A stretch of 64,000 nucleotides of DNA. It comes from Eledone cirrhosa (lineage: Eukaryota). The stretch is from assembly GCA_964016885.1 (NCBI GenBank), contig OZ024750.1, positions 25,234,001-25,298,000 on the forward strand, given 5' to 3'. Shown piece after piece: positions 52,288-64,000 of this stretch. The position numbers were made by a program, and so were the translations under genes. Under the pieces are notes generated by a model. It was not told the origin of the DNA, did not search any database, and saw nothing but the letters and a program-made list of their open reading frames with translations. Each line of letters begins with the position of its first letter. Positions within the stretch are counted from its first letter, which is position 1.

Positions 52288-52905
52288 CTAGTAGAATGGC
52301 TCGGCGTTGCTCGGGATTTGCTCTAGGGTTCTTATATATTTGATATATATTTATCCTTATCGAGACTCGTGAAATTAATACGTTTGTTTATATTTTGTTA
52401 TTGTGTATGCAAAGATATCTGTTCACGAATATATAATTATATATATATATTAAAATAACAGATTAAAGTTTAAGCAAAGAATCGGTGCTTTCACCCGTAA
52501 CGGGATCTTCTGAAACTAAAAAAATCAATCTGTGAACGCAGAAGTAAATATTTTGAAAAACATTACACACTATATATATATATATATACATATACATACA
52601 CACACACACACACACAGCGTCATAATGTTGTAATGCAGACAGCCAGACATACAGACACATATTATAAGGGCGCAACGTTATATCTATGTATCTATCTAAA
52701 AAGAAAGACTAACAATTATAGAGAGAGATCGCTAAATCGCCTAATGCGGTCCCTAGGGCATTGAACATTTGACATTTTCTTTTCTCAAAACACTCACAGG
52801 ACCATAAGTATTACATGTGTAAAGTTTGAAAACAATCAGTTGGGTGGTTCTCGAGTTTTAGGGAGCTGTCAGACAGACAGGCATTCTCTGTTTTAGATAT
52901 ATAGA
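52288..52905 (-). mobile_element. Non-autonomous Helitron, about 620 bp
   Basis: Minus strand begins TCTATATATC (5' TC) and ends with the GC-rich hairpin cccgagcaacgccgag followed by CTAG. Inserted between A and T with no TSD. Confidence 0.85.
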
Positions 52906-53017
52906 TGGAAAACTTTTTCTCTTTTCATTATTTTATTTTTATTTTTTCGATATCATTATACACTAAAATATTGTTGAATGCTAGAAATCTGCCTGTAATT
53001 GTTTTCCAGTTTTCATC

Positions 53018-53723
53018 ATATATATATGTGATATATATACATATATATATATATATATGAAATATATATATATATATATATTTCATATATATATATATAT
53101 ATATGAAATATATATATATATATATGAAATATATATATATATATATGAAATATATATATATATATATGAAATATATATATATATATATGAAATATATATA
53201 TATATATGAAATATATATATATATGAAATATATATATATATATATGAAATATATATATATATATGAAATATATATATATATGAAATATATATATATATAT
53301 ATGAAATATATATATATATATATGAAATATATATATATATATATATGAAATATATATATATATATATGAAATATATATATATATATATATGAAATATATA
53401 TATATATATATATATGAAATATATATATATATATATGAAATATATATATATATATATGAAATATATATATATATATATGAAATATATATATATATATATG
53501 AAATATATATATATATATGAAATATATATATATATATGAAATATATATATATATATGAAATATATATATATATGAAATATATATATATATATATGAAATA
53601 TATATATATATATATGAAATATATATATATATATATGAAATATATATATATGAAATATATATATATATATGAAATATATATATATATATATATATGAAAT
53701 ATATATATATATATATATATGAA

Positions 53724-53756
<33 letters not shown>

Positions 53757-53788
53757 ATATATATGAAATATATATATATATATATGAA

Positions 53789-53819
<31 letters not shown>

Positions 53820-53857
53820 ATATATATGAAATATATATATATATATATATTATATAT
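53018..53857. repeat. (TA)n array punctuated by GAA
   Basis: [gaa(ta)n] units over about 840 bp. Confidence 0.95.
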
Positions 53858-54692
53858 GTGTGTGTGTGTAAAAAACGATAAACTCACTGTTTAGCCATAA
53901 TAAAATGAATATTTAAACTCTACTTCGTTACTGAGTACTTTTTTTTCTCAGCTGTCAGTCACATACATATATAATGATTGGAGAACTGTGAGACTGTCAG
54001 AGTTATTTTTTATGAACACGTTATTGAAATAAGTTGGATTACTTTGAATAAATCATGAATGAATATTATGTAATTTATCTACTAAGCTGTTGATTAAACA
54101 TAAATATTCTTATATATAATGTATTGCTTATTTTAAGATTAACTTCTTTAAAATTTTCAAATGTCAACACTTCTGTTAGCATCCATTATATCATAACACT
54201 TTACCGTACACTATATTTACATCGTTATATCTTAACGTTTATATTTCCGTCCCTAATCTCATTTTCTCTTTTTGCATGTTCATAACATTTCGCCGTAATG
54301 CAATTTATATATAATATCGTTTTTTTTCAAATGTATCATGGATTACTGTACTGATTACAGAAGCGAGTGTAACATACATAGTCTCTATTCAATTTCTGTG
54401 CATATTGTCAATTTACTTTTCATTTGTCATCATATCTACGTGCATATATATTTGCGTATAATATCAATATGCACACTACACATGCTAGCAGAAAATCGCC
54501 CGGTAAGTGGTTTTTCTGCTAGTAGGTATAAAGAATGATGTGTTCATGTTGAAGCTGCTACAAAATAGGACAAAGACCTCCAAACACAGGAAAAGAAGTT
54601 GCCATAGAATGTTTGATGAAGAATGATATATAAATGATAAAATCAATAACTGTTTATTACAAAATTTATAATGATGTTTCTTTAATGTTTAG

Positions 54693-54804
54693 AAACTTGA
54701 AGATCCAATTGAACGTCGAGTGGATTCTACACGAGTTGATGCTGAAGACCTTGTAGAAGAACTTATTAAAGGAACAGATTTACGTCTTGATGATAGTGAA
54801 GAAC
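54693..54804 (+). CDS. FAM102A: FAM102A/EEIG1-family protein, penultimate coding exon
   Basis: Acceptor aatgtttag|AAA, donor |gtaaga at 54805. Encodes KLEDPIERRVDSTRVDAEDLVEELIKGTDLRLDDSEE, matching the family motif VD.TR(I/V)DA..(I/L)VE. Phase 0 to phase 1. Confidence 0.92.
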
Positions 54805-55459
54805 GTAAGATACAGTTTCTCTTATTAGAAACATAATTTCTAATGAAACAATTTCTGTATATATTTAATAATTTAACATTTTCATTTATGTAATATATAT
54901 GTTTTAATTTAATTTGGAAATATTTCAATGACAGCCTAGAAATGAATTTACTTTCTTTTTCAAATTAAAATTGAACTGCTTAATCTTCTGGACACTACAG
55001 CTGCATTATGTTGCCGATAGAATAATCTCCCCTTAATATACAATGCAGTGTCAAGGGAAGCAATTTGTGAAAATTTCTAGTATACTAAAGGTTAATAATT
55101 TATTGACATTGATATAAATTGTTGTTTAGCCTCTGCCAGATCTGATTAAGTAAATCAAAGATTGATTGACATTGATAAATAAGTGGTTTTATTAGCGTCC
55201 CTCATTTCCAATTAGGTAGATCAATTATCTATTGACATTGATATGTAATTTGTATAGCCTTAGGCCTGGAGAGGAATGGGCTATGCCAGGCTTAAAATGC
55301 CCAAGAAATGCTGTATGGTGCCTCTACAATTCTATCAGGAGTTACAGGACCATACATACATAGCCTTTGTCAGTTTTGATTAAGTAGATCAATAGTTTAT
55401 TGACATTGATCTATAAATTGTTCCCCGATGTTAATGTCTAATATTTCTTCTCTTTACAG

Positions 55460-55512
55460 GATCTGGCCTACAGTTGTTTATAGACACAGATGGAAAGACT
55501 GCCTTACGTTGA
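55460..55512 (+). CDS. FAM102A: FAM102A/EEIG1-family protein, last coding exon with stop codon
   Basis: Acceptor ttctctttacag|GA. Encodes (R)SGLQLFIDTDGKTALR* with TGA at 55510-55512, matching the C-terminal family motif L.LF(V/I)..DG...L. Confidence 0.9.
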
Positions 55513-56026
55513 AAACGGTGACAGTAATTTTGGCATCAACTACATGACTGCCTTCTTGGGATGTTTAAATGGGTGTCTTCTGGTAGGACTAGATATTTCT
55601 ACAACAGTTGCTTCCTGGTTGTCTTTTTGATATTTAAACCTACCACCACAATGCTGGTCATGTGGAGAAAACCTTTCTTGTTCTTCAAAACTTCTGAACT
55701 ATTGTCCTAACTTTAGACTTTGCCTGACAGCCTACCTATCTCTTTGTTTCAAACAAAAGGCAAATGTGGTAGAAAATCAAAAATAATTCCATTGTAGAGA
55801 TAACATTTACCAGATATCCCATAGTTACTATGGAAACTAAACTAAATTGACCAACTTTTCATCCCCCCCCCCTCTCTCTACTTCCCCATGTCAGTCTCTC
55901 TCTCTTTAATTTGCTCAATCTTTATCTGCCCTCCTCCTATCTATATGCCCCTCTATTCATCTCTATCACAATCTCCCTATTCATCTATCTATCAATCTAT
56001 CTCTTTACACACACATACACACATAC

Positions 56027-56093
<67 letters not shown>

Positions 56094-56504
56094 TATTTAC
56101 ATACATATATACACCATATATTGTACTGTACAATACTTTAAAGTTATATAATTAATAATAATAAGATGTCTTATATATTGCCTCACCATTTTCTGTCTAG
56201 ATTTCCTCTCAACTTTAGATGCTATAGTGCCTATTCATGACCTTCTCCACACCACATAACCAACATTTTCTCAATAGATAGCTGTTGATTCTCTCTATAG
56301 ATAACAAGTAATTTCAGTAAATACTTATATATATATTACAAACTATTCTCATGGGAAATCTGTTATCTGCTTTTCTCTCTTTCATATTATCTTTGTCATA
56401 ACTCTACCTCCAATTTTATAAAATGTATTGGTAATATTATTACAATTGTTTCCAAATAGAATAATTGGTAAAACCAATATGCAAGAAGAGTGTACTGGAT
56501 CATT

Positions 56505-56507
<3 letters not shown>

Positions 56508-56545
<38 letters not shown>

Positions 56546-56665
56546 ACGTGTATAAATATATATATATATATATACATATAAACGTGTATAAATATATATA
56601 TATATATATACATATAAACATGTATAAATATATATATATATATATATACATATAAACATGTATAA

Positions 56666-56697
<32 letters not shown>

Positions 56698-57051
56698 AAA
56701 TATATATATATATATACATATAAACATGTATAAATATATATATATATATACATATAAACATGTATAAATATATATATATATATATATATACATATAAACA
56801 TGTATAAATATATATATATATATATATACATATAAACATGTATAAATATATATATACATATAAACATGTATAAATATATATATATATGTATATAATGTAT
56901 AAATATATATATATGTATATAATGTATAAATATATGTATATATATATAATGTATAAATATATATATATATACATATAAACATGTATAAATATATATATAT
57001 GTGTATATATATATATATATATTTACATATAAACATGTATAAATATATATA

Positions 57052-57108
<57 letters not shown>

Positions 57109-57353
57109 TCATGTATAAATATATATATATGTATATATATATAATCATGTATATATATATATATATGTATAAATATATATATATATGTATATATATATAA
57201 TCATGTATATATATAATCATGTATAAATATGTATATATATATATGTATAAATATATATATATATGTATATATATATCATGTATAAATATATATATGTATA
57301 AATATATATATATGTATATATATATAATCATGTATAAATATATATATGCATAA

Positions 57354-57387
<34 letters not shown>

Positions 57388-57401
57388 ATAAACATGTGTA
57401 A

Positions 57402-57494
<93 letters not shown>

Positions 57495-57495
57495 C
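56508..57495. repeat. Complex (TA)n minisatellite
   Basis: catataaacatgtataaa(ta)n and aatcatgta units. Confidence 0.93.
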
Positions 57496-58146
57496 ATGTT
57501 TTTTTTTAATTTTTTAAATATGTTTCTTTATAAATCCCATTTCTGATTTGATATAATTTAAGAAGTAGTGTGGAAATATAGACACATATTTTGAGGCTGA
57601 CACACATATAATGAGGCTCTTGTAAGAAGGTCCGTGGGTCTTTTTTAAATTTTTTTTATTGTTTTTATTTTTTTTATTTTTATTTTTTTATTTGTATCAT
57701 TTATAAATTTTATTTTGGTACAGGGGATTGTATGTAGATATTTAGAAGTACTGGACTGAGATATTGAAATACATTTGGTCCACTGTATTTTCTTTAGCTG
57801 CTGTGGCTCAGACTATTTCTATATCCTCACAGCAGTCTCATTAATATTGTGACAATAACTGAAGCTATAAAGTTTAATTTTTCTTGTTTTGACCTTATTT
57901 TAAATATCTCATGTTAATAATCATATGTTAGACTAATATCTTCCTAACATATGATTTAAACAAAAACAAACAACAAATGTTTTATTTTAATAAAAAGCAG
58001 TCAGTTACAATATTGTGCAGAATCTATTTGCATTCCAAGGTAGCTTTTTATCAAAATGAATGAACAATTTGGAAATATATTTTTTCTAATTTTAAATTTG
58101 CATATCATTTGCTTTATAATTCTTTAAAAAACTTTTTTTTTTATTA

Positions 58147-58181
<35 letters not shown>

Positions 58182-58253
58182 CATAAATATATGTGTATAT
58201 ATATATATACATAAATATGTATATGTATATATATATATTTGTGTATGTGTGTG

Positions 58254-58326
<73 letters not shown>

Positions 58327-58378
58327 GCGTGTATATATATATATATATTTGTGCGTGTATATATATATATATATATTT

Positions 58379-58420
<42 letters not shown>

Positions 58421-58425
58421 ATGTA

Positions 58426-58478
<53 letters not shown>

Positions 58479-58483
58479 ATGTA

Positions 58484-58525
<42 letters not shown>
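58147..58525. repeat. (TA)n/(TG)n/(CA)n compound microsatellite
   Basis: Direct inspection. Confidence 0.92.
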
Positions 58526-58528
<3 letters not shown>

Positions 58529-58877
58529 GTATAATCGTTACGATTTTTATGTAAATTGTAATTTACTGATGTTTTGATAGATTGTGTGTGATGTTGTTTG
58601 TGTGTGTGATGTTGTGAGTTTGTGTGTGTGTTAGTTGTGGTGAGTGTGATGTGGAGAGTATGCATGTCAATGTTCAGTGTGTGTATAGGCTACTTTTAAT
58701 CAGTCAACAAAATTATAATTGAACATTAACTAAAACATAACATCTGTTGGTGTTGATGCAACAACTTCAGTTAAATTCCACAATTTGCTGAAATTTTGAA
58801 TATTTTTTCAATATTTTATTTTTGCCACAAATGTAATTTAAAGATTTGTGTGTCAGTCATTTCTGCTTCCAGCTTAA

Positions 58878-60129
58878 CCCTTTTTTGATACCTTTATGAC
58901 CATAACCAGCTCTGGTTCTATGAAACATCACCATAACCAGCTCTGGTTCTATGAAACATCACCATAACCAGCTCTGGTTCTATGAAATATCACCATAACC
59001 AGCTCTGGTTCTATGAAATATCACCATAACCAGCTCTGGTTCTATGAAATATCACCATAACCAGCTCTGGTTCTATGAAATATCACCATAACCAGCTCTG
59101 GTTCTATGAAACATCACCATAACCAGCTCTGGTTCTATGCAATGTCACTATAGCCAGCTCTGGTTCTATGAAACATCACCATAACCAGCTCTGGTTCTAT
59201 GAAATATCACCATAACCAGCTCTGGTTCTATGAAACATCACCATAACCAGCTCTGGTTCTATGAAACATTACCATAACCAGCTCTGGTTCTATGAAACAT
59301 TACCATAACCAGCTCTGGTTCTATGAAACATCACCATAACCAGCTCTGGTTCTATGAAACATTACCATAACCAGCTCTGGTTCTATGAAACATCACCCTA
59401 ACCAGCTCTGGTTCTATGAAACATTACCATAACCAGCTCTGGTTCTATGAAACATTACCACAACCAGCTCTGGTTCTATGAAACATCACCATAACCAGCT
59501 CTGGTTCTATGAAACATCACCATAACCAGCTCTGGTTCTATGAAACATCACCATAACCAGCTCTGGTTCTATGAAACATCACCATAACCAGCTCTGGTTC
59601 TATGAAACATCACCATAACCAGCTCTGGTTCTATGAAACATTACCATAACCAGCTCTGGTTCTATGAAACATCACCATAACCAGCTCTGGTTCTATGAAA
59701 CATCACCATAACCAGCTCTGGTTCTATGCAATGTCACTATAGCCAGCTCTGGTTCTATGAAACATTACCATAACCAGCTCTGGTTCTATGAAACATTACC
59801 ATAACCAGCTCTGGTTCTATGAAACATTACCATAACCAGCTCTGGTTCTATGCAATGTCACTATAGCCAGCTCTGGTTCTATGCAACGTCACTATAGCCA
59901 GCTCTGGTTCTATGAAACATCACCATAACCAGCTCTGGTGCTATGAAACAAAACCACCCATTTTAAAGCATTCCTATTTAAATTAAAATCTTCCAACATA
60001 ATTTGATATAAACACCATATGTTGAGTCTTAATAATTAAATAATTAATAATTTTAGTAAACCCCCACAAAATCCTTCATTAATTACTTGAAATAGTGCAT
60101 TTCATAAATAAAGTCTGGTCATAAAAGGG
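58878..60129. mobile_element. TTAA-flanked MITE containing an expanded 31-bp minisatellite
   Basis: ttaa|cccttttttga at 58874 and tcataaaaggg|ttaa at 60130-60133; the internal array spans 58900-59950. Confidence 0.72.
58900..59950. repeat. 31-bp minisatellite, about 34 copies
   Basis: caccataaccagctctggttctatgaaacat with period 31. Confidence 0.96.
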
Positions 60130-60333
60130 TTAAAGCTACTATTTTATATTTATATGTGTGAATATGCATATGTATGTAAATGCATTTTTCTTATGTTGAG
60201 ATATGTATGTACATAATTATGTACATTTGTATTTGTGTGTGTGTGTATATATTTGTGTGTTTATGTATGTATATATAAATTGTTTGTGTGTGTATGTATG
60301 TACATATATATATATATTGTTTGTGTATGTATG

Positions 60334-60400
<67 letters not shown>

Positions 60401-61647
60401 ATATGTATGTATGTATGTATGTATATATGTATGTGTGTATGTGTTTATATAATTATATATATAATGTATTGGTGCCATAGTGGGTTGCATCTAGTATACT
60501 CTGTAAAACAATTTGTGTGTGTGTGTGTGTGTCAGTGAATATGTGTATGGGGGAAAGTTGAAGTTTTCTGTTTCTGGGATTTTCAATGCAAGTGTGTAAA
60601 TAATAATATTAACCATTTTTTTTTTTTTTTCATATTCCGAGAAACACACGCACACACACGATCAGAGTTGACTCCCTGACAAACACACTCATCCATTCAC
60701 ACACACTCATACACAATCAGAGTTGTCTCCCTGCCAAAAATGTTACTGTTGCTCAGCTTTTGGGGTAAATTTTATAAATATTTTACTTTTTTTTAAATTT
60801 ATTTATATTAATTAATTAACCTTAAAATACAATTAAAATAAAACAAAAACAAAGAAAGACAAGCCAATAAACAAATTTAATTCAATTTATAGAAATTTTT
60901 TAAAACAAATTCTTAAAATTTCTATGTAAATCATTAGAAAATTTGAACAATTTTTCTGTGTCTGAGCAACTACCATATCTTTCTGTGTTAAGACTCAAAT
61001 TATTTAAACCCAAATTTGACGTTAAAATCTGACTGTGTATAAATATAATTTATATGTCGGAAGATTTTAACAATGAACTTTGGTTAAAAGAAGTGCATCT
61101 TGAACACCAAAAAATCTGGTAAATCTGTGTGTATATCTGTAGGCCATAAAAATATAACTAAGACAAGCTATACATTGATTTAATTTGAATGCAGTTATGT
61201 ATGTGTGTTTGTAGGTATGTGTTGATATTTTCGGTATATGTTGGTTTAAGGACACGTGTGAACACAAACAATATAGACGGTGAATATGAAGCTGTTAATT
61301 ATGTTTTATTTAAATTATTCGGCTTGATTTCAGCAGATGGGCTGAATAAAACTTACAACTAAATATCTTAATATTTTAAATAAATAAATTTTGAAAAAAA
61401 AAAAAAAAATTTTTTTTTTAAATTGTGTTTCAAATTAGATTTCTGATTAAGTTTGTTGAAATAACAAAATCCTCTGCTCCAGTCTTGTTAATTTAAAATA
61501 AAATAAAAAACAACAAAAAATGAAGAATATTTATTTTCTAGTCATAAATAAATGTAGCTGACACCTGAAAATAAATGTGAGTAAGATATTTTTTTGAGAT
61601 ATAAATTTGTTTATAGAGAAACATAATATTTCTTTCTGATTTTGAAA

Positions 61648-62255
61648 GGAAAATATTTAGTGTAAGAATTTGGAAGAATGTCTCGGTTATTCAGGAAAAT
61701 ATTTGGTGGAAGACTTTGGAAGAGTTTCTTGATTATTAAAGAAAATATTTAGTGAAGACTTTGGAAGAATGTCTCGGTTATTAAAGAAAATATTTAGTGA
61801 AGGGTTTGGAAGAATGTCTTGGTTATTAAAGAAAATATTTGATGGAAGACTTTGGAAGAATTTTTTGGTTATTAAAGAAAATATTTGATGGAAGACTTTG
61901 GAAGAGTTTCTTGGTTATTAAAGAAAATATTTGATGGAAGACTTTGGAAGAGTTTCTTGGTTATGAAGGAAAATATTTAGTGAAGACTTTGGAAGAATTT
62001 CTTGGTTATCCAGGAAAATATTTGGTGGAAGACTTTGGAAGAGTTTCTTGGTTATTCAGGAAAATATTTGGTGGAAGACTTTGGAAGAATTTCTTGGTTA
62101 TCCAGGAAAATATTTGGTGGAAGACTTTGGAAGAGTTTCTTGGTTATTCAGGAAAATATTTGGTGGAAGACTTTGGAAGAATTTCTTGGTTATCCAGGAA
62201 AATATTTGGTGGAAGACTTTGGAAGAATTTCTTGGTTATCCAGGAAAATATTTGA
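61648..62255. repeat. 45-46-bp minisatellite, about 13 copies
   Basis: ggaaaatatttggtggaagactttggaagaatttcttggttatcca. Confidence 0.93.
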
Positions 62256-63069
62256 AACAGTTTCTCAGTTATTCAAGAAAAATGAAAAATTGTAAACTCT
62301 CATAAAAAGAGAAATTAATTTTTAATTATATATTTATTTTTTAAAAAATAGAATTACAATAAAGAAAAAGAAAATGAAATTTCATTAGTGTGATTGTTGG
62401 CATTTGGTGCTGAAATTTGTTACCTGAATAATTATATTGTTGTCAGTCGTAAAGTTATCAGTTGACAACATTTCTGTTGGTTGGGTTTGTAATGGAGAAT
62501 TAGCAACATCGGTAAAGAATATTATTGAAATTTAAAGAAATTAACATAATGCAAAATATTATTTAAATCTTAGAATTCTTCCATCAAACATATAGCTAAG
62601 GTGTTAAAGACATTTATTAATTAGTAGACATTTATAAAATAAATTTGAATTGAAAGTAATATTTGTTAATGAAAATTAAATTTCACATTTGTTGATTCTT
62701 TCGATTTCTCTTGGGTTGTTATTTACAAATGTATGTATGTGTGTGTGTATGTGTATATATGTGTGTGAGAGTGTGTGTATATTGTGTGTGTATGTGTGTG
62801 GACATCTGATTGACTTAAGAAATATTGGTCCAATTTGAAATGTGTGTGTCCCAACTCAAATGACTATAATAATAATAGTCCATCACTTTAAATAATAGTT
62901 GAGAAACTTGTGTAAAGTACCCCCTGGAGATGGAAAGCAATGGACAGAGGTTCCTTGTTGGGGGGACGACATGAAATGACATATTTTTCTACTTTGTAAG
63001 TTTTTATTCAGTGGTTAGTGACTTCTATTATTGCTGATCTTTGGTTGTTGTTGTTGTTGTTATTATTAA

Positions 63070-63106
<37 letters not shown>

Positions 63107-63165
63107 GGAAAAGCTGGTCATATTTACAGCCACAAAACTATGATAATGCAAAAATAAGTGAAATT

Positions 63166-63203
<38 letters not shown>

Positions 63204-63360
63204 TATACGACGATGCAATTCACTTCTAACACTCAACATCATATTACTTCCTAAAAACAAGGATGGCGGAGTATATTAATAAAGAAGAAAATGTGAGGTT
63301 TAAAATGTTAGGGTCCTTTATTAATAAAGGACCCTAACATCTTCAACTTTGCATTTTCCT

Positions 63361-63411
<51 letters not shown>

Positions 63412-63621
63412 GTGTGTGTGTATATATATGTATACAGACATGCACATACACACACAGCAATATTTTTAAATGTTGCATGGTAAAAATTGTATGTTTTTCC
63501 TTCTTGTTTAGTTACTATAATAATTAAAATATCATTTGTTTAAAAATCTCTGATGTTTATAGATTATAAATTGTGGTGTATATATTCTATAAGATTGTTA
63601 ATTTTAACTGTGTTGTTGCAG

Positions 63622-64000
63622 TGTGTATGTTTGTGTGTGTTTAATAATAATATATATAGGTCTGTATGTTTGTGTGTTTTAATAATGATATATATAGGTG
63701 TATGTTTGTGTGTGTTTAATAATGATATATATAGGTCTGTATGTTTGTGTGTGGTTAATAATAATATATATAGGTTTGTATGTTTGTGTGTGTTTAATAA
63801 TAATATATATAGGTCTGTATGTTTGTGTGTGTTTTAATAATGATATATATAGGTCTGTATGTTTGTGTGTGGTTAATAATAATATATATAGGTTTGTATG
63901 TTTGTGTGTGTTTAATAATAATATATATAGGTTTGTATGTTTGTGTGTTTTAATAATGATATATATAGGTCTGTATGTTTGTGTGTGGTTAATAATAATA
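63622..64000. repeat. Minisatellite of about 39 bp, truncated by the window end
   Basis: ataggtctgtatgtttgtgtgtgtttaataataatatat. Confidence 0.9.

Noticed and set aside
54689-54928. Minus-strand 79-aa ORF
   Set aside because: Antisense shadow of the real + strand exon 54693-54804.
55100-55420. attgacattgat motif repeated four times with variable spacers (CRISPR-like look)
   Set aside because: The spacers are homologous to each other (tagcc...gattaagta.atcaa), so this is a decayed tandem repeat of about 65 bp.
52928-58665. ORFs up to 319 aa rich in Tyr/Ile
   Set aside because: (TA)n translations.
58900-59950. Palindromic 31-bp repeat resembling a CRISPR direct repeat
   Set aside because: No spacers; it is a minisatellite inside a MITE.
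55513-62320. Poly(A) signal defining the 3' UTR end (e.g. AATAAA at 57989)
   Set aside because: AATAAA is frequent by chance in DNA this AT-rich and cannot be assigned without 3'-end data.

Overview
AT-rich, repeat-dense eukaryotic DNA. The SINE/MITE families and microsatellite load suggest a coleoid cephalopod, most likely an octopus (inference). The only host gene I can support is the 3' part of a FAM102A/EEIG1-family (NT-C2 domain) gene on the + strand. It has six GT-AG exons (9756-9946, 36023-36177, 36650-36818, 50766-50820, 54693-54804, 55460-55512) whose phases join into one 244-aa frame ending at TGA 55510-55512. I did not find the N-terminal exons, which probably lie upstream of the window. 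Almost all ORF-track entries are translations of simple repeats. The introns hold tRNA-derived SINEs (several with clean TSDs), RTE and L1/Tx1-like LINE fragments, TTAA (piggyBac-type) MITEs, a hAT/Charlie-like MITE, a non-autonomous Helitron and many minisatellites. The most unusual signal is a series of long, near-perfect foldback inverted repeats with unrelated sequences (14.2, 19.4-19.8, 23.8, 28.7-28.9, 43.2-43.9, 44.3, 50.9-51.3 and 63.3 kb). Most abut (TA)n tracts and some carry degenerate hammerhead-ribozyme-like cores. They are candidate Penelope-type relics and/or dsRNA substrates for ADAR in the pre-mRNA. There is no evidence for a prokaryotic system or CRISPR array. All alignments and counts were done by hand.
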